Assembly: GCA_030649305.1 (NCBI GenBank)
Contig: JAUSFV010000006.1
Span: forward strand, 32 to 64,031
Length of the DNA: 64,000 nt
Source of the DNA: a bacterium
GTDB lineage: Bacteria; Patescibacteriota; Minisyncoccia; Sungbacterales; GWA2-42-14
Direction of reading: 5' to 3'
Numbering within the stretch: position 1 is the stretch's first letter; every line of letters begins with the position of its first letter. Positions 56,327 through 64,000 of the stretch are shown one piece after another. The translations under genes were made by a program, and so were the position numbers. Under the pieces are notes generated by a model. It did not search any database and was not told the DNA's origin. It saw only the letters and a program-made list of their open reading frames with translations.

Positions 56327-57745
56327 CTATCGCTTCAGCTTCTTTTTGAGTGTTTCTACCATTTTCTCCCGCAAAATCGTCTCCTGAATTCCCGACGACA
56401 TCTCGCGGATGATAATCGTACCGTCAATCGCCTCTTTTTGACCCAAAATCAGCGAATACTGGGCCTCATTCTTATCTGCAAGCTTTAATTGCGACTTAAC
56501 ACTCGCCTTTCCGATTGATTCCCCGACCGGAATATTGGCATTTCGCAACTCCTCCATAATACGGAAACTTTTCTTTTTTGCAAGGTCTCCCAACTGAACA
56601 AAAAACACTTTCTGCCGAGAACTTCCCGTGCGTATTCCCCGCTGTTTCAAAACCGCGACAAGGCGCTCAATCCCGAGAGCCCCCCCCACCGCGGGCGTGG
56701 GACGCCCGCCGATCATCTCAACAAGCCCGTCGTAGCGCCCGCCCGATCCCAAAGCAAGCAATCTTTTTTCGGGGATACCCTCGGAGACCTTCTCCGGTTC
56801 TTTCTCTTTCTCTACCACGACTCCCTCATCATGAATATTGATTTCCGGACTAACTATTTCTGCCGCTATTTCCGTAGGTTTAGGAGGAGCACTATGCGAA
56901 ACATTCTCATCAAGAAATATTTCAAAAACGGTTCGCGTATAATAATCAAGCCCGCGCACCAGATGCGGATTTAAGTGATACGGAAGGCCATCTTCATCGA
57001 GAAATTCGAGGAGCAATTTGAAATGATCCTTGCACGCCTCACACAGGTGCTCAATCATCTGCGGCGCTCCTTTTTTCGCGATCTCGCATTTTTCTTCCTT
57101 GCAATCAAGCAAACGCAGAGGGTTTGTTTTATACCGCTCCTTACAATCCTTACACAAACCCTTGATGCGCGCGCGATAATATTGCACCAAGAGCGAACGA
57201 TATCCGGGGCGGCATGCACTACAACCAATGCTATTTACATGAAACACAAAATCCTTAATACCAAGCTCCTGAAGCGCTACAGAGAAGACGTGCATAACTT
57301 CCACGTCAGCGATAACGGATTCATCACCAATATTCTCAAGCCCCCACTGATTAAATTCCCGAAACCTCCCTTTTTGCGGTGACTCATGCCGGAAAAACGC
57401 ACCAAAATACCAAAATTTCACGGGATGCGGTTCGCTAACCAAGCCGTTTTCAATATAGGCGCGGGCAACGGACGCCGTACCCTCGGGACGCAAAGTCAAC
57501 GAATCACCCCCGCGCGTACGAAATGAATACATCTGTTTCTCAACGATATCGGACGTTTCCCCAACCGCGCTCAAAAAAAGTTCCGTATCTTCAAAATGCG
57601 GCGTTGCAATCCTCCCGTAGCCGTAATACGAAGAGAGTTCATGCGAAACTTTCCGGAGCTTATCCCAATAGGGCTGCAGGGGAGGCAAAATATCATGCGT
57701 CCCGCGCGGCGCCTGAAAGGGTTTTTGTTTTGGTTTTTTGGTCAT
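56327..57745 (-). CDS. hisS: Histidine--tRNA ligase
   Basis: LRPEGTA, FRHESPQKGRFREF, LVRGLDYY, GGRYDGL. Confidence 0.98.
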   Translation of the reverse strand: MTKKPKQKPFQAPRGTHDILPPLQPYWDKLRKVSHELSSYYGYGRIATPHFEDTELFLSAVGETSDIVEKQMYSFRTRGGDSLTLRPEGTASVARAYIENGLVSEPHPVKFWYFGAFFRHESPQKGRFREFNQWGLENIGDESVIADVEVMHVFSVALQELGIKDFVFHVNSIGCSACRPGYRSLLVQYYRARIKGLCKDCKERYKTNPLRLLDCKEEKCEIAKKGAPQMIEHLCEACKDHFKLLLEFLDEDGLPYHLNPHLVRGLDYYTRTVFEIFLDENVSHSAPPKPTEIAAEIVSPEINIHDEGVVVEKEKEPEKVSEGIPEKRLLALGSGGRYDGLVEMIGGRPTPAVGGALGIERLVAVLKQRGIRTGSSRQKVFFVQLGDLAKKKSFRIMEELRNANIPVGESIGKASVKSQLKLADKNEAQYSLILGQKEAIDGTIIIREMSSGIQETILREKMVETLKKKLKR

Positions 57746-57794
57746 AATAATACGAATATACAAATATACACTAATTCACGAATCTGCTTAAAAA

Positions 57795-58391
57795 TTAATC
57801 GGAAACAACACCAATCTTTGAAAGAGGCCAGGCCCGAATAAGCGCCCTTCCCGTAATAAACCGCCTGTCCAACGTCCCCCATCTCCGCGAATCCGAACTG
57901 AATTCCCGGTTATCTCCCATAACAAAATATTCTTTATCGGAAAGTTTTACCTCCGTATCACCGTTCGTGCGAAGCCCTTCGGGCAAATAGGGCTCCGGCA
58001 AAACAAAACCATTCGGCTGTTCATCATTTTTAATCCAAACCTCCCCATTGCGGATCTCAACGCGCTCATTCGGAAGCCCGATAACGCGCTTAATAAAAAA
58101 TTGCTTCGGCTGGAGAGGGTAGCGAAATACCACGACTTCGCCCCGTTCCGGCGCGCGGAAAAAATAATATGACGCCTCATCAATAATCAAATACTGCCCG
58201 TCTTCAAACGTAGGGTCCATGGATGCGCCATTCACAATAAAGGGCTGCGCAATAAAATAGCGGATGGGCAAAGCTACTGCCACCGCCACAATCAATACCT
58301 TAAAAAATTCAAATGCTTCGGCGCCCCACCCCCCTCCTTCCTCCTGCGGAGCCTGCTCCGTGGGGTTTTGTCCTATTGTTTTTTCTTCCAT
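57795..58391 (-). CDS. lepB: Signal peptidase I
   Basis: GASMDPT, FIKRVIGLP, MGDNREFSSDSR. Confidence 0.97.
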   Translation of the reverse strand: MEEKTIGQNPTEQAPQEEGGGWGAEAFEFFKVLIVAVAVALPIRYFIAQPFIVNGASMDPTFEDGQYLIIDEASYYFFRAPERGEVVVFRYPLQPKQFFIKRVIGLPNERVEIRNGEVWIKNDEQPNGFVLPEPYLPEGLRTNGDTEVKLSDKEYFVMGDNREFSSDSRRWGTLDRRFITGRALIRAWPLSKIGVVSD

Positions 58392-58463
58392 TCTTCAGAT
58401 TATACGAGAAAATTTCATTCTGTGCAATACCACCGAGACAAAAAACGTGTTATACTATGGCTT

Positions 58464-59021
58464 ATGACATATCTTCTCGTCGGCCTCGGGAATTCGGGGA
58501 AAGAATATGAAAACACGCGGCATAATGTGGGCCGAGAAATATTGAAAGGATGGCAGAAAAAAAACGGCCTGCCCGATTTTGAATTTAATAAAAAGTTGAA
58601 TGCGCTCGTGACAAAGAGCAAAAAATGCGTCATCGTGCTTCCCGAAACATTTATGAATAGATCGGGGGCTGCAACGGGGGCGGCCGCGCGATTTTTCAAA
58701 ATAAAACCAAGGGGTATTGTTATCCTGCATGATGATGCCGACATGGAACTTGGCCGCACCAAACTCTCCTTCAACCGCCACTCGGCAGGACACAAGGGCG
58801 TTGAATCAACAAAACGCGCCCTCGGCACGTGGGAATTCTGGCGCCTCCGCATCGGCATCCAAAAAAAGAAACGCGTGGATGCCATGAAACTTGTGTTGCA
58901 AAAATTTTCTCCCGCGGAAGAAATACAACTTAAAAAAACAAGAAAAAAAATATTCGCCGGGCTTGATATGATCCTCTCCGACGGCCCCAGCCACGCGATG
59001 AACTCCATGAATCAAAATTAG
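58464..59021 (+). CDS. pth: Peptidyl-tRNA hydrolase
   Basis: GLGN...YENTRHNVG, PETFMNRSG, HDD, GHKG, RLRIGI. Confidence 0.96.
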   Translation: MTYLLVGLGNSGKEYENTRHNVGREILKGWQKKNGLPDFEFNKKLNALVTKSKKCVIVLPETFMNRSGAATGAAARFFKIKPRGIVILHDDADMELGRTKLSFNRHSAGHKGVESTKRALGTWEFWRLRIGIQKKKRVDAMKLVLQKFSPAEEIQLKKTRKKIFAGLDMILSDGPSHAMNSMNQN

Positions 59022-59051
59022 AAAAACCGATCGCGCGTGATCGGTTTTCGT

Positions 59052-59237
59052 TTAATAACTTGCTTCTCTGCGCTTCCGAAGCCATACACCGAAAATGCAT
59101 CCTACGGGAATGCCCGCCATAAACCATACGGCTGAAATCATAAAACTTGCTTTTGTGTCGAATCCGGCAAAATGAAACAGGACCGCGAAAACGACAACGG
59201 CAAAACAGATTGCGGTAAAAAGAGAAAAAAGAAACAT
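59052..59237 (-). CDS. Small membrane protein
   Basis: Two hydrophobic segments. Confidence 0.5.
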   Translation of the reverse strand: MFLFSLFTAICFAVVVFAVLFHFAGFDTKASFMISAVWFMAGIPVGCIFGVWLRKRREASY

Positions 59238-59263
59238 CAGACGCCCCCGTTCCGCAATCCTTA

Positions 59264-59467
59264 TTATTCCCCTTGTTCTGCTTTCTCGGAAACCAGCCGC
59301 CACAACCTATATGACGCATCAGTCGCGGAGAACAAAACACAAATAAAGAGCAAAATGTACAATGGACTAAAATTATGCCTTAGGGCGCTCTCAAGGCCGG
59401 AGATGCCAACAATAAGAGCAGAAACAATAATCCATCCCCGCAGAAACCATACATCCCCGAACCTCAT
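59264..59467 (-). CDS. Small membrane protein
   Basis: Two hydrophobic segments; AAGGAG RBS. Confidence 0.55.
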   Translation of the reverse strand: MRFGDVWFLRGWIIVSALIVGISGLESALRHNFSPLYILLFICVLFSATDASYRLWRLVSEKAEQGE

Positions 59468-59536
59468 AGTATTTATCTCCTTTCTTAAAGAACCTTGCTT
59501 TTTTGCTAAATCTAAAATATCATAAACGAATAAGAA

Positions 59537-61513
59537 ATGTCAAACGCGCCGCCGAATACAAAAAAGACAGAGGCGGCACAAGAAATATCAGAAGTCATGA
59601 TTGCCGCCATCACCCCCCAATTTTTGGAACGGGGTGTTTTGTGGTTCCAAGAAAATGAAAAACAAATCAAAGAAGCGCTCAAAACAAAGGCATTCTGGAA
59701 GGACAACATCGCAATTCTTGAAAAAGACCTTGTTATAAAACCATCGGAACTTCTGCGCCGCCTTACTGATTTCGGGTATGAGCGGACGAATATAATATTC
59801 GGCAAGGGCGAATTTGCAAACCGCGGAAATATCATTGAGGTATGGCCGATTAATACCGACCAGCCATTCGCGGTTGAATTTTTCGGAAACCGAACTGAAC
59901 GCATCATGCCCGCGCTCAAAAAAGAAACGCCGGCAATCAGGACGAAAGCGCTCAAAACCGAAAGCGGGCTCAAGCGGCTAAAGGCGGGCGATTATCTTGT
60001 CCATCTTGACCACGGCATCGGCATTTTTCGTGGGATAGAACATAACTATTTTTTGATTGAATACGCTCCCCCGCGCCTAGGGGCCAACCCCGACATGCTA
60101 CGCGTACCGCTCGCACAGGAAAAAAAACTCAATCTCTATATCGGATTTGAAACGCCAACCGTGCATCGTCTTGGCGGAAGTACGTGGGCGACGACCAAAC
60201 GAAAAATAAAAGAAGGAGCGGAAAAATTAGCAAAAGAACTTCTTGCCCTTTATGCCACGCGCGAAACAGCCTCGCGCCAACCGTATTACGCCGACCATAT
60301 GGAGCGGACATTTGCGGATGCGTTTCCCTATACAGAGACGCCCGACCAAAAACGCGCGATTGAAGAAATTTACGGAGATTTAGAAAAAGAAAAACCCATG
60401 GACAGGATTCTATGCGGAGATGTCGGATTCGGGAAAACCGAAGTTGCCATGCGCGCCGCCTTCCGCGCGATTCTCAACGGCAGGCAAGTCGCGATAATAG
60501 CGCCCACCACGATTCTTGCCTCCGAACACGAACGCACATTTTTGGAACGCTTTAAAAATGTTCCTGTCCGCATTGCCTCACTTTCACGCCTCACCCCGTC
60601 CAAAGACATAAAACGCATTCTCCGCGAGTGCGATAATGGCGGTATTGATATCCTCATCGGAACGCACCGCCTGCTTTCCCGCGATGTTTCATTTAAAAAC
60701 CTCGGCCTCGTAATCGTTGACGAAGAACAGCGATTCGGCGTCAAACAAAAAGAGCGCTTTAAGCATCTGCGAAGCAATGTTGATATTCTGAATCTCTCGG
60801 CAACCCCGATTCCGCGCACACTCCATTTAGCGCTTACGCATCTCCGCGATATCTCGCGGATTGATACGCCGCCCGAAGGGCGTATGCCCATAAAAAATTT
60901 CATACTTCCCCGCTCCATAAAAACCATACGGCGCGCCATTGAAAATGAACTCTCAAGAGGCGGGCAAATTTATTTTCTCCATAATCGGGTAGAAACCATT
61001 GAGATAATGCGAGAAAAACTTCTTCGGGCACTTCGCGCGATTCCCCACGCGAAAATTGAAATCATCCACGGCAAAATGAATGAGCGCGCCATGCTCCGGG
61101 CGCTTGAGCGCTTCCGAAACAAAGAATGCAATATTCTCCTTGCGACAACCATCATTGAAAACGGCCTTGATTTTTCAAACGCAAATACGCTGATTGTGGA
61201 TAACGCGGTGCGCCTCGGCCTTTCACAGGCGTATCAAATCCGCGGCAGAATCGGACGGGGTGACAGGCAGGCATACGCATATTTTTTCTACAAATCACAC
61301 CATCTCACCGAAAAAGCCCTGCGGCGGCTTGCGGCATTACAAGAATTTGAAGAACTCGGCTCGGGCTACGACATTGCCCTACGCGACTTGGAAATCCGCG
61401 GAGCCGGCAATATTCTCGGCCGGGAGCAATCGGGAGCAATTAACCGAGTCGGGCTCAATCTCTACTGCCAGATTCTTGCCGATGCGGTTGAACAATTAAA
61501 AATAAGAAAATAA
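59537..61513 (+). CDS. mfd: Compact transcription-repair coupling factor (Mfd-like)
   Basis: VHLDHGIG (RID), GDVGFGKTEVA, DEEQRFG, SATPIPR, QIRGRIGR, DLEIRGAGNILG. Confidence 0.93.
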   Translation: MSNAPPNTKKTEAAQEISEVMIAAITPQFLERGVLWFQENEKQIKEALKTKAFWKDNIAILEKDLVIKPSELLRRLTDFGYERTNIIFGKGEFANRGNIIEVWPINTDQPFAVEFFGNRTERIMPALKKETPAIRTKALKTESGLKRLKAGDYLVHLDHGIGIFRGIEHNYFLIEYAPPRLGANPDMLRVPLAQEKKLNLYIGFETPTVHRLGGSTWATTKRKIKEGAEKLAKELLALYATRETASRQPYYADHMERTFADAFPYTETPDQKRAIEEIYGDLEKEKPMDRILCGDVGFGKTEVAMRAAFRAILNGRQVAIIAPTTILASEHERTFLERFKNVPVRIASLSRLTPSKDIKRILRECDNGGIDILIGTHRLLSRDVSFKNLGLVIVDEEQRFGVKQKERFKHLRSNVDILNLSATPIPRTLHLALTHLRDISRIDTPPEGRMPIKNFILPRSIKTIRRAIENELSRGGQIYFLHNRVETIEIMREKLLRALRAIPHAKIEIIHGKMNERAMLRALERFRNKECNILLATTIIENGLDFSNANTLIVDNAVRLGLSQAYQIRGRIGRGDRQAYAYFFYKSHHLTEKALRRLAALQEFEELGSGYDIALRDLEIRGAGNILGREQSGAINRVGLNLYCQILADAVEQLKIRK

Positions 61514-61533
61514 ATAAGAGCGGATAACCGCTC

Positions 61534-62460
61534 TTATTTTTTCTTCAACTCGGATGGAAGTGGCGCGTTCGGCACCACACCGATCCCATGAATTTTTGTT
61601 TGCATATTGCCGACAAAATACTCAAACGCGGTAATTTTCAAAAAAGAACCGTCCGGAAGGGGAAATACGATTTGTCCGATCCCCTTGCCGAATGACGTGC
61701 CGCCGGCAACACAATATCCCCAATCTTTCATGGTTCCGGCAACAATCTCGGAAGCAGATGCCGAGTGCATATCAATGACTACACATACTGGAATATCGCG
61801 GAAGATGCCGGGGGGATTTTCTAGGTCATATTCTTTCCGCACGGCTTCCACGTCGTACACCATATCACCTCTCGTTCGAAAACGAAGCGTAAGAAAACGA
61901 TCACCCTCGCGCGCAAAACGATACAATACCTTTAGCGCCCCCTCCACCGAACCTCCGCCATTCATACGAAGATCTATATACAGTCGGGTAGCGCCACGCG
62001 AGAGAAGTTCAAACGCACGCGCCTCAAATTCTTTATCAGTATCATCATGAAACGCAGGGATATACAGTATCCCTGTTTTGTTTTTTATTGTCACGACAAT
62101 AGGCAGACGGTGATCTTCACCATAGTACTCCCACTCATCAGAAGAGTAGGTCCTTGCGTATTCATCGCCGCAATATTCTTCCGCATCGCGATCCTTCTCC
62201 CGTTCCTCATACAATTCGCGCACGCACGCATCAATATTAGATGGAAGGCGCAACATGTCTTTTTCCACATGCGCGCGTATTTCTTGCAACACATCGGATA
62301 CATCCGCGTTCTTCGTACTGTTAACCCCGCAAACACCGCCAGATACAGCACAAGCAGAATTTTCATTCCATTTCAATTCCGCCCCATCCGCTCCGAATGC
62401 AGCCGGTAAAAATGATATCCCCACAATCAATGCCGCGCGGAATAAAAAAGTCCATCGCAT
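61534..62460 (-). CDS. S41 family C-terminal processing peptidase, apparently without PDZ
   Basis: Signal peptide; DLRMNGGG, SASASEIV, SFGKG, GIGVVP. Confidence 0.9.
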   Translation of the reverse strand: MRWTFLFRAALIVGISFLPAAFGADGAELKWNENSACAVSGGVCGVNSTKNADVSDVLQEIRAHVEKDMLRLPSNIDACVRELYEEREKDRDAEEYCGDEYARTYSSDEWEYYGEDHRLPIVVTIKNKTGILYIPAFHDDTDKEFEARAFELLSRGATRLYIDLRMNGGGSVEGALKVLYRFAREGDRFLTLRFRTRGDMVYDVEAVRKEYDLENPPGIFRDIPVCVVIDMHSASASEIVAGTMKDWGYCVAGGTSFGKGIGQIVFPLPDGSFLKITAFEYFVGNMQTKIHGIGVVPNAPLPSELKKK

Positions 62461-62557
62461 GGAAAACCTCCTCCAGCATATCAAAGAACAAAACTGTTTT
62501 TACCATACAACAAAAGAAAAAAATAAAAAAGCCTCAACGAGGCTTCTCCTATACGCA

Positions 62558-63316
62558 TTATCCGGAAAACTCAAAAAGGACTAGTATCTCCTTCCCCGGC
62601 TCAACAATAACCTGTAGTTTTTTCTCACCAAGTGTCTCATGCCACACCCTGAGAGTGCGCTTTCCGGCGGGAACACCCCGCAGAATAAAGGTACCCCCCG
62701 CATCGCTCAGCGCATACAAAGAATGCTCCGAAACAACCACCCATCCCAACATCCACGGATGGACATCGCACGCCATCTTGAAAATACCCGCGGCATCAAA
62801 TTTTACCTGCATCGTTTTCTTAAATTTTGGCTGAGCGGCATTGTGCGAACCCGCATGAAAATTATGGAGAATACCGTCCGGGTTTTTCACCTCAACAATT
62901 CCCCCAACGGGCACCAATACCACATGCGGGTCAAACCAACATCCTTTCTGGTCAAGCACGACCGGTTTTCCCGGAGGAGGAAGCACTTGTATATGAGCGA
63001 GATCTGTCACCGATGCAACAACAAAACGAACGCCGCCATCCTTCCCGACTACAAGTGACTCGCTCGTCTTTGCCTTACCGCAAATATCCGTGTCTTTGGT
63101 CACGCTGATTACTGCGGACTGTGGCGGCATTCCTTTATACCGCACCTCTCCGATAATGGTACCAAAGCCGCTTTCCTGCTCCGGCGGTTTAGGACCGCTC
63201 GGCGCAATCGTGGAAGGTGGCGTGTCAGGCGGCTGTGGAGGTAGAGCATCCGGCCCGCTACCGCAAGAAATTACCGAAAAACACAATACCGTAAGAAGCA
63301 CTCGTACCAATCGCAT
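62558..63316 (-). CDS. Lipoprotein with carboxypeptidase-regulatory-like / cupredoxin-like domains
   Basis: Lipobox VIS^C; DQKGCWFDPHV, HNFH, CDVHPWM, VWHE. Confidence 0.82.
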   Translation of the reverse strand: MRLVRVLLTVLCFSVISCGSGPDALPPQPPDTPPSTIAPSGPKPPEQESGFGTIIGEVRYKGMPPQSAVISVTKDTDICGKAKTSESLVVGKDGGVRFVVASVTDLAHIQVLPPPGKPVVLDQKGCWFDPHVVLVPVGGIVEVKNPDGILHNFHAGSHNAAQPKFKKTMQVKFDAAGIFKMACDVHPWMLGWVVVSEHSLYALSDAGGTFILRGVPAGKRTLRVWHETLGEKKLQVIVEPGKEILVLFEFSG

Positions 63317-63434
63317 GGCTTCCTCCTGAGCAGTGCAAAACAAAAAAGAGCCGTTTCTATGGTATCGCGCCATGTTAAAAAGTCAAGAAAAAAGCCGTCT
63401 TGGAAAACGGCTCATAATGCTTTATTGTCTTATT

Positions 63435-64000
63435 TCATTTTTTTCTTTCTGGCAATGTAACGAACCAGATCAAAGGAACTGCGAGGAGCGTGAAGAAGGC
63501 ACTGATATAGACAAACAACCGCAGAATTAAGACGCGCGTTGGATCTGCCAAAAAACTCCCGTCACCGCCCCACCACGTCAAGAAATGCCACGACGCGAGA
63601 TCAATTTTATAATCATAGACTGACTTATAGAACCACCCGCCAAGCCAATCGGACATCGTGATCCTCGAAAAATTGATCACCGACATAAACCACGCATAGG
63701 TAATCGCTTCTCTGCCCTGCTTCGAGATATCTGCCGCAACTGCAAGCGGTATCTGAACACTCGGCGCACCGAAAAGATTGAAAAAGATGCCCGAGAGAAT
63801 CGCCACCACCGCGAAATTGATTGGAATAAACGAAAAAAGCTTATACCCGGGCGGAAGGTAATACAAGTAACTGACGAAGAGCCCGCATGCGCCAAGCGCA
63901 ATAGAAAAATAGAGGAGCGGCTTTCTGGAAACCCCGGGATACCGACGAAGAAAATAGAAATAACACACAATACCGATCGCGCCGAACAGATCACCGATCC
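63435..64000 (-). CDS. MFS-type membrane transporter, C-terminal part (5' end beyond window)
   Basis: Frame is open to the window end; multiple TMs; GREAITYAWFMSVIN. Confidence 0.7.
   Translation of the reverse strand, partial: IGDLFGAIGIVCYFYFLRRYPGVSRKPLLYFSIALGACGLFVSYLYYLPPGYKLFSFIPINFAVVAILSGIFFNLFGAPSVQIPLAVAADISKQGREAITYAWFMSVINFSRITMSDWLGGWFYKSVYDYKIDLASWHFLTWWGGDGSFLADPTRVLILRLFVYISAFFTLLAVPLIWFVTLPERKK

Overview
This 64 kb window is from a bacterial chromosome. The gene set and style (long S12, split ComEC, short Mfd, membrane-anchored Clp ATPase, large pilin fusion, class II RNR, short-unit intergenic hairpins) point to Patescibacteria/CPR, probably Parcubacteria; this assignment is an inference. 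The housekeeping backbone includes fusA, rpsG, rpsL, rpmB, pepA, ndk, ftsZ, ftsA, ybeY, rpsU, hisS, lepB, pth and mfd. The standout is a complete but rearranged Pup-proteasome system (arc-dop-pup-pafA facing prcB-prcA), with a catalytically dead ClpP homologue and two unknown genes between the two halves. It sits in a ~15 kb proteolysis block that separates ftsA from ftsZ. An unlinked 100-aa orphan ends in the same GHYL proteasome-docking tail as ARC, and a second orphan ends GGGGQYIT; both are candidate proteasome regulators. Other notable items are a tRNA-Pro nested inside the two halves of another tRNA-Pro, a stand-alone rod-shaped ncRNA with its own promoter and terminator, an O2-dependent homogentisate (tyrosine catabolism) cluster with a half-size HppD and a coupled PRTase, a B12-salvage/NrdJ pair, and several palindromic repeat families. 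All calls come from manual motif recognition; no searches were run.
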